Assembly: GCA_977862235.1 (NCBI GenBank)
Contig: OZ374563.1
Coordinates: 1,674,001 to 1,738,000 of the forward strand
Length of the DNA: 64,000 nucleotides
Source: Dudresnaya verticillata
Taxonomy: Eukaryota
Direction of reading: 5' to 3'
Shown: positions 30,158 through 43,215 of the stretch, one piece after another
How the letters are laid out: the number at the start of each line of letters is the position of its first letter
Numbering within the stretch: the stretch's first letter is position 1
The notes under the pieces: generated by a model
What the model saw: only the letters and a program-made list of their open reading frames with translations
What the model was told of the DNA's origin: nothing
Databases searched by the model: none
Translations under genes and position numbers: made by a program

Positions 30158-31459
30158 TCAAACAACTCCGTTTGTTGTCCTCGACTGCAGATCCTCCTCG
30201 TGTGCTTTGCTACCAGCCTCGCCCTTCGGCGTGACGAGTACGGCGACATTGATCTTATCTACGACCTTGTCATTCATAGGAATCCCGCCCTCTAATAAAA
30301 TCTGCTGAGCGTCCATTCCCTTAAACCGTTTTAGGTCCTCACTCGAATAGTTGCTAATCCCGCGTGCCAGCTCCAGCCCATCCGTCCCGCGGATGCAAAC
30401 CGCAGAGTAGGCGTCAAAGTTGCGGTGGCAGTCGACGACCCCGACGGTGCGCAAAGGGGACCCGGAGCGCAGCAGCATGGCTGCACGAGTGGAAATAATG
30501 ATCTCGCCGCGGGGCGGCAGGCAGTTCGAGATCCACTTCTTGCGTTCTATGTCCAGAGGGGTGGCGAGCGGCTCGAAGACAGTGCCAAGGCGTTTAGCGC
30601 GGTCATGTACAAAGTCTAGCACGCGCGGAGGATGGCTCCCGTGCACCAGACATACGCGTACGCCGGCTGCAGTAGCCAGCCGGGCCGCGGTGATCTTCGT
30701 CTGCATGCCGCCCGTCCCCCACTGTGTGCCTGTTGCGTTGGACTGCAGATTCACCTTGAGGGACTCGATGTTCTCCACGACGTCGATGGGTGTCGCGGAC
30801 TTATCCACGCGTGGGTTGGCTGTGTACAGGCGCTCCACGTCCGTCAGCAAGAAGAGCCATTCAGCACCCACCGCTGTGCTGACCACGGCTGAAAGCCAGT
30901 CGTTGTCGCCATACTTGAGTTCCTCTGTGGCCACCGTGTCGTTCTCGTTAACAATAGGAATAACGCCCATGGACAGAAGTGCATTAAGTGTGTTCTTCGC
31001 GTTGAAGTATTGGTACTCGTTGCTCATATCAGTAGCTGTGAGAAGTACCTGTGCGACCCGCTGGTTGGCCATGCCGAGAAGATGGTCGTACGTCTTCATA
31101 AGCACACTCTGCCCAACAGCAGCATATCCTTGAATAGTTGCGAGTATTCTAGCCCGCTCCTGCTTGGGCGTGTCGGTCGACACGGTGGGACGCTTCTTCA
31201 CGCCGAGCTCGCGACATCCAACGCCGACGGCACCGGACGTGACTAGGATGACGTGGTACCCATCGCGGCGTAACGCGAGCAAGGTATCGACGAGGAGCGC
31301 GAGGGTGGACACGGCGAGCTCTCCCTCACCGGCCTGCAGATTGCGGCCGGCGTGCGAAGAGACGGTGTGCGCGGCGCCGGAGCCGCCGTCGCGCATAAGC
31401 GTCGACGTGCCGATTTTGACGACTACGATGGGTCGGTCAGACAGGTTCTCGCCCGTCAT
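30158..31459 (-). CDS. proB: Glutamate 5-kinase with C-terminal PUA domain
   Basis: 433 aa; VVVKIGTS, VTSGAVGVG, AAVGQ, VAQVLLT, IPIVNENDTVAT.E.KYGDNDWLSA, LTDVERLYTANP, GTGGMQTKITAA, ELARGISNYSS. Confidence 0.96.
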   Translation of the reverse strand: MTGENLSDRPIVVVKIGTSTLMRDGGSGAAHTVSSHAGRNLQAGEGELAVSTLALLVDTLLALRRDGYHVILVTSGAVGVGCRELGVKKRPTVSTDTPKQERARILATIQGYAAVGQSVLMKTYDHLLGMANQRVAQVLLTATDMSNEYQYFNAKNTLNALLSMGVIPIVNENDTVATEELKYGDNDWLSAVVSTAVGAEWLFLLTDVERLYTANPRVDKSATPIDVVENIESLKVNLQSNATGTQWGTGGMQTKITAARLATAAGVRVCLVHGSHPPRVLDFVHDRAKRLGTVFEPLATPLDIERKKWISNCLPPRGEIIISTRAAMLLRSGSPLRTVGVVDCHRNFDAYSAVCIRGTDGLELARGISNYSSEDLKRFKGMDAQQILLEGGIPMNDKVVDKINVAVLVTPKGEAGSKAHEEDLQSRTTNGVV

Positions 31460-34400
31460 GGTGTCTTATGTGGAATGTTCTGCTGCGGCGTGCTGAGCGT
31501 GGACGAAGCTGGCGACGTTGGGGCACCGCACCGAGCATTAGCAATGCATCACGAGGGTGTCTGGGACCCCGCAGGAATGCGCAGCCCAAGACCGGCGTGT
31601 AGACGAGCTTGCTCACACGTTGCGCTGGCACACGGCCAATCCGCGATCTTCGCGGGCCACGTGAGAGGCCATGCGGGACGGCCATGCGCCAGCCCGACGC
31701 ATGATGCGCAATTGCAAGCAATTGGGCCTACAGACCGGGCCCTGGTCACGTGCTGCTATTGGACGAGCTGGCGGGCAAGGCTTTGATTGGATGATGGTTT
31801 CCGGTGACGACTCTGCGAGAGGCGTTCGAAAAAACTTTCAACACCTTGAGAACGCACGGTGCGAAACGGTGAGATCCAGGACAGGAGACGCAGTTCAAAG
31901 TCTCCAAGGTTCATCCTTCAGTCTGTCTTGCCACTGACTCAGGTTGGCAGTGCGCTCTCGTCATTTCCGAGCTTTATAACATGCGAGCTGCACTTGTTAG
32001 GTCAGTGCTGCTTGTCAGCGGAGACCAAGAGCAGATGTCTCCACTACCGGTGTATGCGTGCCGCAACGGCAGGACAGTTGCCGTTGGAAGGAGCATCAAG
32101 ACGAATAAACGTTTGTAGCTTCCGGACACGTCAGAGCAATGGGGTGTTGGCTTCGCTACTACCACTGACTTGGAAACTGTGTATCTCACCCAGCTGCTGC
32201 TAGGAAAAGAGGCGGCGCTGAAGTGCTTCCACAGCACCAACGAACTCTGACCAAGCAGGTTGCCACAACAACCCCAAGACCAGTGCAGCGCGTCCGCACA
32301 TACATGCCCTGTGGTAGCGGTCGCTGGAATCGGCGGCGCTTTGCTCCTACGACGCAGTTACATCCGGGCCTCAGAACAGAGAAAAGAAACCTTAACCGCA
32401 TCGTGACGCATCCTGACAACGTCTTCGCTACCAAGACACCGTTTCCCTTTCGATGGCCGCTTCTGCAACGTATTTCTGTGCAAGCTCTAGACCACGTCAA
32501 TGTGAATATGCTATGCACACGCACGCCAATGGAACTGTTAACAGGAACAGCCAAGTATGCAAAGCGCATCCGCACCCTTTCCCATGCGAAATCGTCTAAC
32601 TCAGCCAGCGTGTCCGAAGTCAGACGTTTGCACCTCGACGAAGCAGCGGCTCTCCAACGCCGCTATGGCACGTGCTCACGTGCAATCAGCGTGCTTGTCA
32701 CGCCGTCGGGGAACAGGGAGCAGAGGATTTGCCAACGCGCGGAGATGGTAGCTTCCATTCGTTTCAGTTGCAACCCTTCATAATCCGGTTGCAAAATGAC
32801 GATGTGGTGTCCGAGCTGCGACGGGTCGCATCCTCTCGAGGTCACAAAAATGCATCGTCAAAGTCGGCGAAGGCGTTGGCGAGCGCATCTCGCGCACGCG
32901 GTGGTCACGTTGTTCTCTCTCCGCACACGAAGACATGCACGAGCGTTTGCCTCGTGCAGCGTCGAGTCGTGCGTGTCATTTGACCGACCCTCTGCAAGCA
33001 CCTCCGCGTGGAGCGTGCACGTGACCCGGGATGGTCCCGGTGCGGGGCACAGCGTAAGCACGGGCTGCGTGGTGGGTGTTGACAAACGCGTGTGGAAACG
33101 TTGCGCGGTGAATGCTTACCCAATGCGGAGACCGGAGAGCGTGTGAGCGAGCATGTTTTGATATGCATGTGCGGTTGGCTGTACGTAGGGCGCGGTCTGC
33201 TGTGGCTTGTGAGATGGTCTTGAAGACGAGCTTAACGGAATGTGTGGCTTTCGAGTTGGGTTCCCGCTCCCTTATGCCCTCCACCTCGGCGAGCTGTTCG
33301 CTTCGTGGCAGCGGTCGGGGTTATGTGCGCGACCTGTTACAGTGCATAGAGTAGGAAAGCTGTGGAGGCGGAGAAAACGCCTCCAAAGCTTTTGTAGTGG
33401 TTGAAGCCAACGGCAAGCTGACCGGAAAGTATGTTCATGCGTAGGTAATAAGGCAGGCTAGCGTTCGCTGCGTAGTCAAACGGAAAAGAAAAGCGGAACA
33501 GCCAACAGCACGCGGCCTCTCGCACAAACAAAAGGTGGGCCCAGCTCTGCCGAAAACAGACCTCTTCGAACCCGAAACACACTACCAATAGGTGTATACA
33601 TGAACACCAATCGAGGCGTACACGGTAAGCATCAAAGAGCCTTTGCTTCACGTTCAAACCGAAAGGCGCAACGAAACGACGAACAGCCTATCGCCTTGCT
33701 CAAGTGAAAAACGAAAAGAGAAGCCATGGCCGCACTCCACAACCGGGCGGTTCCAGTTGTGGTGCACCAACCATCACAACTCAGCAAGAAGAAATGCGCA
33801 CATTCCGTCCCTTGAATAAAGCCGCGGCTGCATTCATGGGCGTGCTGCCACACACCTCACGCTTGCGATCGCACATGACAGTGCACGGACGTATGCGCTG
33901 ACGCGAAGACGGTCGGCAACAACATGGCGGCAGCTGCGGTGACAGGCACAAGCATGTGGGAGAAAAGTGGGGGCACGGCTACACTTCCGTGCACCCCGAT
34001 TCGCCACCGCAGGCGGCGGCCCTGACAAAGCCGCCACCGCCTGGCCGGTGTCCTAGCCGAGAGAGCGGAATGAGGCGCGAGTTTGGCGTGCACGAAGGGC
34101 TGCACGCCCTGGCGACAAGCTCGAGACGGAAGTTGTGGGAACAACGCAACACGTTGGTCTGACGCACCGGCGAGAACGGTGCCGTGGTGTACGCGCACGC
34201 GGGCGCAAGCACATGACGGCTTTGTACGCAGGCTTAGGACAAGCGGCGTTTTTGATGCTCTCCGCGCGCGGCGAAAGCAGGAGAGCGGAATGAAAAGTGA
34301 CGGTGGACCCAAGTGCTGCGCAAGACCGTTAGGGAAGGCGGTTGTGCCGTGTTTGCTGTACTCGGTGCACACATGCGCTGCCCTTGTTCGTCTTCAAGGC

Positions 34401-37400
34401 TTGATGTTGGTGGCTCCCAGCCTCGACGTTTTCGACTTGCCAACGGTTCGGATATCCGACGCGTAGGCGTGTGCGGTTTTTGGTTGTGTTGCAAATGGAG
34501 CGAGCTGGGTGCGCTCAGCGCGTGCAGAGGGCAGGGAATGTTGCTCGCGTTCGCGGCGCAGTCGATGACACACGATAGGCGGGCAATGGATCGGTATGCA
34601 GTGTTCGGGGGGGGGCGCTGGAAGACATGCGCTCGGTAATGGGCTGCTGGAGAGCGGAATTCCATCGTGCCACCTCCCTCCGCGAACATGTATCTGATCG
34701 GATCTGGTGTGCTTGTTTCGAAGCACGAAGGGGGTGCCGAAAGAAAGGGGTAGTCATTGCGATGCTCACGAGCGTGACGGTGACGCCGGGGCAGCGACCG
34801 GACCGGGGCAGGCGGGGGGCAAAAGGAGAAAAAGGAGGCGACCCGGTCGGTCTCCTTTTCCTAAAAATACGGCACGCGGTGGGATTGCGTGTGGCATAGA
34901 TCAGGGCTTTCAGCGCTTCCTTCCCCGTGACACCGCGAAGCGGCGGGGGGGGGGGGGGGGGGGGGGCGAGGGTGCGAGCCGGGGCTCTACGGGCGGCTCG
35001 ACAGGCTGTTTCAAAAGGCGGCGGCGGAGACGACGTTGTATATTTCGCCGACGTGGGCAAATGGTGCGTGTGCCATCTCGGCGGCTGCTTGCTGTGCGGC
35101 GCAGGGCGCACGCAAGCAGCGGTGCGACGGCGAGAGCGGCGAGTGCGCCGAGCGAACGGCGCCGCGTGCGCCGCGGTTCCTGGTTGGATCACGGGAATTG
35201 GCGCAACCGCGGCGTGACTGTCGGGCACAGATGCGCATCGCAGCTGGCTACTGTACGTGCGGGGCAAGTGGATGGCTCACAGGCGCACGCGAAAAAGGGA
35301 AAAAGCTGGTCTCGCGCGGTCGCGTGAGCGCAGGTGGATCGAAAACGGCCTTGGATGGCTGTGAGATGCCAATGGGCGTTGTGTGCTCAGGAGGAAAGGG
35401 GCTAATGACAGGTTTTGATCTTTGCGAGCGCGGCCTAGCAAGGAATAATCGGAGTTTAGGCTTGAGCGAGTGACAAGGAGACTTGTTTTTATGACACTGG
35501 CATTATTATTAACGGAGAGGCGCTCTTGCACGACATCGGGGCGAGAGCGTGTTCACCACAAGTCGAAGTCCTGCGTGGACCAATGCAGTCCTGAAGCACT
35601 GCAGATAATGCGTACAGAGCGCACAACCCTTTTTTTAGGACGAGTAGCGGTTGTTTGTTGACAGCCTTTCTCGTCAATAATCGCCAATAAATAGCCAAGT
35701 TGAGTTCCGTGGTACATACTGTACTGTGTATAGCATCAGCTTCCGATCTGTGGTTGCCGGCAACAGGTGATGATCATCTTGTACGTTGTTTAAACTTGCT
35801 AGTCGCCTTACACGTTTTTTAAAGTAGTGGCCTCTCGTTGTCGTATTGCGATCAATCCACAAAAATCCCTCGCATTTACGCTTAATATGTCGTGACTGCG
35901 GCGGTGCGCTCGAGAGACAAAGTAAAACTGCACTCTACTCCTGCAGTCGAGCATGACAGACGCGACCCAACATTATTATTACAGTACAGCTACACAGGAG
36001 GCTGCTGCTGGCGTCTTCCTGGCACTGCTACACTACATATTGCAACATGTTAGAGGTCGCGGTTCTTCGCAGCGGCGCGCAGAGTCCTGTGATGAATAAT
36101 AATAAATAATATTATTCGATGGGAGGTTACGGAAGCGACTAGAGAGTGGTTCAAAGCGAGGTAGGGGTAGGTTTGACGCGGGCGTAGGTGCTTGGTGGGT
36201 GTGCAGTGGACTTTGCGCTATGCGGTGTCCAGATGGGAACGAAGGACGTTGCAGCTGCAAGAGTGGATATGCTTTTATTTATGCCTTTTTACTACTACTT
36301 CCTGCACGCTGTTGTGACTAGCAGCAGACGACTGTACCGAACTCGAGCACCACGGTTGTGGCAATAGCGACTTGTGTGCGACACAATTCGGAGCGTGGCG
36401 CACGGCCGCGGAGTGGGCGAGGCGAGGCGACGAAGAAACGAACAGAACGGGCGCGGGGTGGCTGGCTGCACAAAGATGCAGAAATGAGACGACTTGTTTT
36501 TGCGCTACGGAGAGGGGTCTCTACTTGGCGGAAATGTGATATGTACGACTGTACTGTTCGTCTGCATCAAGCGCAAAATGACGTGTTTTCGCATATACTA
36601 GATGATCGGTATTCGGTATGCGCAGGCAGGGCGCAAAGCTGGGAAAGAAAGCTTGCAAACCGCGTCGCGCGTGGTGCAAGGCTCGGCTCGACCGTTCGTA
36701 CGCGTACGGGACAGATGGATGTTTAGCGCGTAACAAGAGAGATTGTCAGAGATGGCTTTGACAAATATGTGTGCATTAGGTAAAGTTTGCTTTCTCTCTT
36801 TATCTCTCTTTATCTCTGAACAGTCATGTTGCGCGCGGCAGGGCGTCAGCCAGACTGCCCGCGTGAGACTCGCTCAAAAAAGAAGCAAGGCAATTCTTAT
36901 TATTAGTATTGTTATTTCACAGTACTGTAGTAGTAGCGAGATCGAAAGCTACGCAAAGGGTATATAATTTTGAGCGAGAAAGTGAATGGTTTCCAAAGCG
37001 AGCGCGAGCGTGCGCTTACAGGTCGATGAGAAACGCCGGAGGTGGCAGGTGGAGAGAGTAGTAACAAGAAGTTGCAGCAGCTTCTCTCTCTGCGGGGCAA
37101 GCACGAATGCCACTTTTACGGAGGGCAAAGCAGTGCATGTGTAGGCGCAGCTGCGCTGACAAACTTCTCAACGATGTCACACACTGTGAGCTCGCGCGGA
37201 CGCGAGCAGCGCGAGTTGCGCGCGCTGCAGCAGAGCTGCCCGCCTGTGTTTGTCAGTGCGGGTGCGGCAGGCAGAGGAGAGTCGCCCACACGATTACGGA
37301 CGGTCTGGACAGTCAGTCACCATTCGGGCATGCAGCGCGCCAGCAGCAAGAGGGACGGACTTCCAACGGCGGCACGGCACGCTGTGTGTGCGCAATATGC

Positions 37401-38245
37401 CACCGGAGCGCGCGGGGCGCCGTCTGTAGCAGTTGTGGATGGAGGATCGTCGGAGGCGACACTGCCACCGACCTGCGCGGCGTGACTGTCGCTCGGCGCG
37501 TGATTCTTTCGCAGCTTTGTCAGTTCGATCGCGCCATGCGGTGTTGCGGACCGCGCGCGGAGACCGATGGGTCCGCTGCGCGCGCCCCGCGGACCGGCAG
37601 TGCACGGATCGAGGCACTCGCGCTACGGCAGCTTGTGCGGCTGGTGGCGTTGCCGCTCACGCGCGCGCTCGCCGCCGCCGCTGGCGAGGTGTGCGTGTCT
37701 TACCGACCGTGTGCGTGTGGCGAGGCGCGGGCGCGGACTGGCGACTGTTTGGAGCGCGCGACGGGAGCGTGGGGGTGCGGGCGGGCGGGCGTGCTGGCGG
37801 CGCGGTGGACAGGTTGCAGGTGGCGCTGTGCGTGTGCGTGCGCCGGTGGGCGCAGATACCGCTGCTTATTTTGGTGCGAGTTGGCTTTATCGGATGGACG
37901 CGTGGTGGCGCTGATGAGACCGTCACCGCGCATCCGGCTACGAACGGCGAACGGCGTGAGGGGGTACATGTACAGTTCTGTACTGTAACATGTGCGAATG
38001 GCGCCGAGCGGCTTTTCCGTACCAAATAATCCGCTGCGCACGGCAGTTGCCGCCGCCGCCGCCGCCGGGGCGCGTCGCCACGGGGCCGCCAGATGCGCGC
38101 GCAAGCCGGGGCGACGCGGCGACGGGGCGGCGGCGGGCTCTCGCGACGCGACGAGGGCGAGGCGGTGTGTTTGTGTGTGTGCGTGCGCGGGGTGTGTTAT
38201 CAATGCGCGCGAATGCGGAGCAGGGCAGAGTGTGGAATAACGAGT

Positions 38246-38246
38246 G

Positions 38247-38279
<33 letters not shown>

Positions 38280-38280
38280 G
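38246..38280 (+). repeat. (GTGC)n microsatellite in a GC-rich low-complexity upstream region
   Basis: Tandem GTGC/GCGT units; nearby GGC/GCA tracts and a C-run at about 38625-38644. Confidence 0.8.
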
Positions 38281-38938
38281 CGCGGCGGCGGGTGGGGTCT
38301 GGACGGCGGCGGCGGCTGCAGCAGCCGGGCGGCGGCGGCTGCAGCAGCCGCAGCAGCCGCGGCAGCGGCGCGGCGGTGCGACGGCCTCGACGCGGCCGCG
38401 CGGCGCAGCCGGGGCGCGTGGGGGCCGTTGCGTGCGGTCCGCCGCGCAAGCTGTGACGCGCGGGGGATAATATCTGCCGGGGCCGCGCATCAAACGCATC
38501 GCCGCATGCGCGGCCCGCTGTAATGCCCGTCACGCGGATCAACCCGCCGCCGCCCGTTTCGTCACGTTCCCGCCCCGCTCGCCGGGCCTCGCTTACACAC
38601 CGGGCCGCCCCTACCGCAACTCCGCCCCCCCCCCCCCCCCCCCCATGCACACGCACACGCACACACACACTCAAGTCGGACAGTTGCTCCCGACACCCCC
38701 TATCTTGTCCCCAGCCTTGCCCTACCCCGACACCCCCACCCCCCACTTCCTTCCCATTCCCCCTCCAGCCCCTCTGTGTGCCTCACGCGCGCGCGAGTCC
38801 CCACCATCGCCCCATCCCTGCTGCTGCTGCCGCCGCCGCCGCCGCCGCCGCCGTCGTCGTCTCGGTCTTCGCGGCTTCGTCCGTACCCACGTGCGCACCA
38901 CCAGCCCGCACCGGCCCGCTCGGCCCCGGCGCGCCGCC

Positions 38939-40951
38939 ATGGAGATCCACGCAGAGTACTTCCTCAAGTGCTCGGAGGCCGCAAAGTGGCTCAACACCCC
39001 GCAGCCGGTCACGGGCGTCCCGAAGGAGTTTCTGGACGGCGCCCACGCAGTCACCAACCACATCTTGTCGGCCTGTCCGCGCAACCCGCCACCGCCGCCG
39101 TCCCCGCTGTCTCCGGAACCCCCGCATCAGCATCCCTGGCCGCAGTCCCCAGGTCACCCACGCTTATCCATTGAGAAGAAGCGCCGCCCGTCCCTCACCT
39201 CGTCCTCCAAGGCTGCCCGCACCTCCGCCGCCGCCTGTCTGCGCCCGCCCCGTGTCGACAAGCACGCCTGTCCGCACGACGACATACCCGCTCATGATCG
39301 CGACGTCCATGCCCTGTCGCGCCCCTTCCCTGCCCTCACCGACCTCGCCAACGCGCAAGTCGACATTATCAAGTCCCTGCTCTACGTCCCGGTTGAGCTG
39401 CACGAGCACTTTGTCTTCGGCGTCGCACTGGGCTGCCCTGTCCCGCCACCGGTCGGCGTGTCCTCTGCCGAGTGGCGCCCGCTCGTCAACCGCTTTGTTT
39501 TGGATGCAGGTCGCAAGTGCTGTCTCATGTTTTCCTACTTTGCCGAGGGCTCCATAGTCGTCTCGGTCGACTGCTTTGACGAGGTTGGCGATCACTTCTC
39601 CGAAGTCACCTTTTTCGAGCCCACCCCTGTAGTAGGCGTCTTTCCCCGTGGAATCCGTGGCCGAATGCAGATTTTCGAGAAGCGCGACTGCCCGGCTTGC
39701 ACCACTGCGTGCGTCTCGTGCTCCTGTCCAGTTCAGGAGCGCATCGAAGCCATTGTCAAGGCCCGCCAGAGCCGAGTTCTAGTACCTGAGCATGGTCCTG
39801 CCCATGCAGGCTCCAGCTACAAGGACGAAAACGTTACCATCCAGACCTACCCGTACTGGGCCCAGGTTCTGGACGAGTACAAGTGGAGCCGCCTTGGTTC
39901 CTATTGCGTCCAGATTCAATATAACCCGGCTGGCAATCGTGCAAGCTCCTCGGCGGCCATGTCCCACCCTCCCGAGCCAACCAACCTGGCATACAGCTCG
40001 TCTTTTGTCGCAGAGCCGCGCGCCTCTGTTGAAAAGATGCTCCGCGTCGGCCTGTTTGATAAGGGCGTATCCGCCTTGAAACCTCCAGCAACTGATGTCC
40101 GCTGGGAAACGTCGAGCACTGTGGCTGTCAATGCAAATAATGAAATTCGCGTCGAATCCGACCCTGCAAACGCCGTGTGCGTCACAGACTGGCACAAGCT
40201 TCCAGGATTTCAAGAAGATTACCTCCTTGTGGCCCCATCAAATATCGTTTCTGGTGCTCACGCTCGTGAAGAACTCGCTCGTGCAGAAGCAGAGCGACTG
40301 GCCGCACGAGCACGAATGGGTGTTCCAGTTTTGCCGTCCTGGGCCTCTGGCCGTGCTGGGGTCTTTGAGCATATTCTGAATGAGAGTGGACCAGAACTAG
40401 AGATGTTCCGAGAGGCGGTGGAGAACGATGAGGTTGCAGATCAATCGGGGGACTTCCATGCGCGTATGCTTCGGCAACTGCCGCAGGCCTCTGTAGGTAC
40501 AGTCATGCGCCCGCGGTGCAGTCTGGACAGTGCGGGCAAGCGCGTAGGACTTGGCGAGGAGAGGCGGCGGCCAAATGTGGGCGAGAATTACCGCCGTGTC
40601 AGCTTGGAGAGTGCTGTTGACATTGCTCGACGACCTGCTCGTGGACTGGACTTGGGGCGACGACCGTCTTCGGACCATGCTCGGCGACCTGCACCAGAGG
40701 TACGGGGAATGGCAGGCTTGGACGTGGCCCGAGCTGCCTCTGGGGGTAGTTCTCGAAGAAGGACCGGGTTGGATTTGCAGCGAAGGGGAAGTCACGACAG
40801 TACTGTGATCACCCCACGCAATTCGGATGAAAACATACGACGTCGTGACGGCGTACGGACCTCGGTTGACTCCAACCGTGCAGCGACTGAGTCGGAGCGG
40901 AAACGACGATCGGATTACGTTCCCTCCCCAGTCTCGGTCGTGCCTTTATGA
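38939..40951 (+). CDS. Hypothetical protein (about 670 aa) with Cys clusters
   Basis: Long ORF with strong GC3 bias from GCCGCCATGG at 38939 (MEIHAEYFLKC...); CPACTTACVSCSC cluster and a disordered Arg/Ser-rich tail. No family recognised. Confidence 0.75.
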   Translation: MEIHAEYFLKCSEAAKWLNTPQPVTGVPKEFLDGAHAVTNHILSACPRNPPPPPSPLSPEPPHQHPWPQSPGHPRLSIEKKRRPSLTSSSKAARTSAAACLRPPRVDKHACPHDDIPAHDRDVHALSRPFPALTDLANAQVDIIKSLLYVPVELHEHFVFGVALGCPVPPPVGVSSAEWRPLVNRFVLDAGRKCCLMFSYFAEGSIVVSVDCFDEVGDHFSEVTFFEPTPVVGVFPRGIRGRMQIFEKRDCPACTTACVSCSCPVQERIEAIVKARQSRVLVPEHGPAHAGSSYKDENVTIQTYPYWAQVLDEYKWSRLGSYCVQIQYNPAGNRASSSAAMSHPPEPTNLAYSSSFVAEPRASVEKMLRVGLFDKGVSALKPPATDVRWETSSTVAVNANNEIRVESDPANAVCVTDWHKLPGFQEDYLLVAPSNIVSGAHAREELARAEAERLAARARMGVPVLPSWASGRAGVFEHILNESGPELEMFREAVENDEVADQSGDFHARMLRQLPQASVGTVMRPRCSLDSAGKRVGLGEERRRPNVGENYRRVSLESAVDIARRPARGLDLGRRPSSDHARRPAPEVRGMAGLDVARAASGGSSRRRTGLDLQRRGSHDSTVITPRNSDENIRRRDGVRTSVDSNRAATESERKRRSDYVPSPVSVVPL

Positions 40952-42103
40952 TCTGGAACGCTGGTGAGGGATGCATTCTTTTCATTAGTTTATAGAGGAA
41001 GGCTGACAGAGCGGATTTACTTGGGCACGGGAAAAGGAAAGCATGTTATGAGGTTCAGAACAATGACAGAAAGATGGTGCGAAACGAAAGGCGGTTCGCG
41101 ATAGGCTTGGTTCTCCATTTTACAGTTTAGGAATGAGATTGGAGGTTTTAGGATGTGGTGGTGAACCGCCAGGAGCTGTCGTGACAGTGCTGTAACATAA
41201 ATTATCGTGTCGAATGACTTTTTTTAGGCCTCTGTTTTGCGCACTACTGACCTTCCCGGTTAATCCTGTCTGTCGGAAGCCTGTCATCGGGCAACGAACG
41301 CATGCGAACCACAGTTTCCCTAAGACGCGCAGTACGTTCGTGGTTCCAAAGTGCCCCATGTACTCACAAGCGCGTCCCAAGCTGTCATAGTTCCCGCTTC
41401 GTTGCAAGAATTGCAGCTTTGTCCAACCTGTTTGGTCTGACAAGGATGGGAAGAGTAGTAGACGGTTGTACAGAAACACTTTGTTGAACGTGTTTTTGGT
41501 GCGTTTTTCTTCGCACTAGCTACGAAGGAATATGCAGGCCGTGGCTCAAACTTATTGCAAACGAAGCATGCTGTTTATGAGAGTAACACTCGCAGCTGCC
41601 ATCCTCAAGACCTTGCCGACGAGAGAAAGCTTTTGATCTTGAAAAGTGCAACTTGGTGCCAGATATCCTCTACAGCATTGACAACATCGACTCGGCTCTG
41701 TTCAGAAGAGTTCTACGGAAGCTGGCAAGAAGGTATTGCATCTTGCCATAGCCGTGCCGTTCCGACTCGAAATAGAAACAGTCCAGATCCTCCTACAGTA
41801 AGAGGGTCATCATGATGACCCAAAAAAGCTCCCAGATGGCATTTGGCCACCCGAATGAGCAAAAGCCGCCAATTTACGAGAACAGTAGTGCCACACAATC
41901 CAATCCCGCCCGCCGCTCCCCATCGCTATCGGCAAAGCCTGTCAAACACAAAGCGCATGGGTGACTCCAATTCCGCTCAGATCTGAGTACGTTCAGGCCG
42001 TCTTGGTCTGTCGAGAGTTCAACAGTCAGACCATCTTCCGCGCCTGTGCGCCAGCACCACCGCCGCCATTGCGCTACTGCAACGCCGCTTCCCCTATGCG
42101 CAC

Positions 42104-43215
42104 ATGGGCGATGACCCTCCCAGCGTGCGCGCGGTAGACCCGCGTCTCGCCGCCATGTCCGGCGCAATGTCTGGCGCTCTTGGTATGTCTCGCTCCTCGC
42201 CTATTCTCTTGCGCGCGTCGCTCCTATGCAATTGCTGGATGCAAAACTCCAAACCTTCGCTGCAGTTGGGAGTAGCTAACCTTCGAACATCTCTGCGCTT
42301 GCGCTTCGCATGGTTGCCTTCATTGATCCCGCAGCTTCGCTCGCCACCCACCCTCTGGATGTCGTGCGCACTAAGCTAGCCGTGCAGAGGCAGATTCGAG
42401 GTGAGGAGCTGCCGAAGTACAAGGGCACGATCGGGACGCTGCGTCGCGTGTTTAGGGAGGAGGGCGTGCGAGGGCTCTTTCGAGGCATCACACCAGCCCT
42501 TGTAAGCCATGCTCCAGCGGCCGCAATATTCTTCAGCACATACTCGTTTCTCAAGGTGCGTGTACCAGACGTCATGTCGCCGTCGCATGTCCCACTCGAA
42601 GTCGGTAAGTCCTCGTGGGCCGCTGGCGGCGCGTGGTCTGCTACATGCCTGCTCTTAAACCCCCTCTTCGTGTTGAAGACTAAGCAACAGACACAGTTGG
42701 TTAGAGCATCGCGCGATGCCCCACTGAAGTACACAGGACTGGTGTCGTCTTTTCGCGTCATTCTTTCGGAGCAGGGGGTCAGGGGATTGTACGTGGGGAC
42801 TACTGCAGCAATGGCAGGGTTCCCAGGAGCGATGATTCAAATGCCGCTTTATGAGTACTTGAAACGTAAGGGCCCCGAGGAGACTCCTTCACATGCGCGT
42901 GTAGCGATGTCAAGTGCAATCTCAGCCTCAACCGCTGGAATACTCATGTATCCAATTGAGGTTGTTCGATTGCGGCTGCAGGCACAAATCCCTTCATTGG
43001 GGCCTGGTGTACAATACAATGGCATTATTGATGCGTTCCGCAAGATATTCCATGCTGAAGGAATACATGCCTTTCATCGCGGATTGGGGACGGGCCTGAT
43101 TAGGACGGTACCGCAAAGCGCAATAGGCCTGAGTTGCTATGAAACGATACTCCGGCTCAGTACAGCGATAGCGGAAGTGTGGAGAACAGAAAAGCAAGAG
43201 AAGCGCTTGTTGTGA
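42104..43215 (+). CDS. Mitochondrial carrier family (SLC25) protein, NAD+/folate-carrier-like; exons 42104-42182 and 42335-43215
   Basis: Three carrier repeats: HPLDVVRTK, NPLFVLKTK, YPIEVVRLR, with EG..GL.RG elements. Splicing restores helix 1 (AAMSGAMSGALASLATHPLD) in frame, giving about 319 aa. Confidence 0.9.
42183..42334 (+). other. Spliceosomal intron (152 nt, phase 1)
   Basis: GTATGT donor, GCTAAC branch point at 42275-42280 and CCCGCAG acceptor; removal keeps the frame and completes the first TM helix. Confidence 0.85.

Noticed and set aside
36282..36293. GCCTTTTTAC resembling U5 snRNA loop I
   Set aside because: Has five T rather than four and no flanking stem.
37042..38746. Many long overlapping Arg/Ala/Gly-rich ORFs
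   Set aside because: Expected from very high GC and simple repeats; open on both strands with no domain signal.
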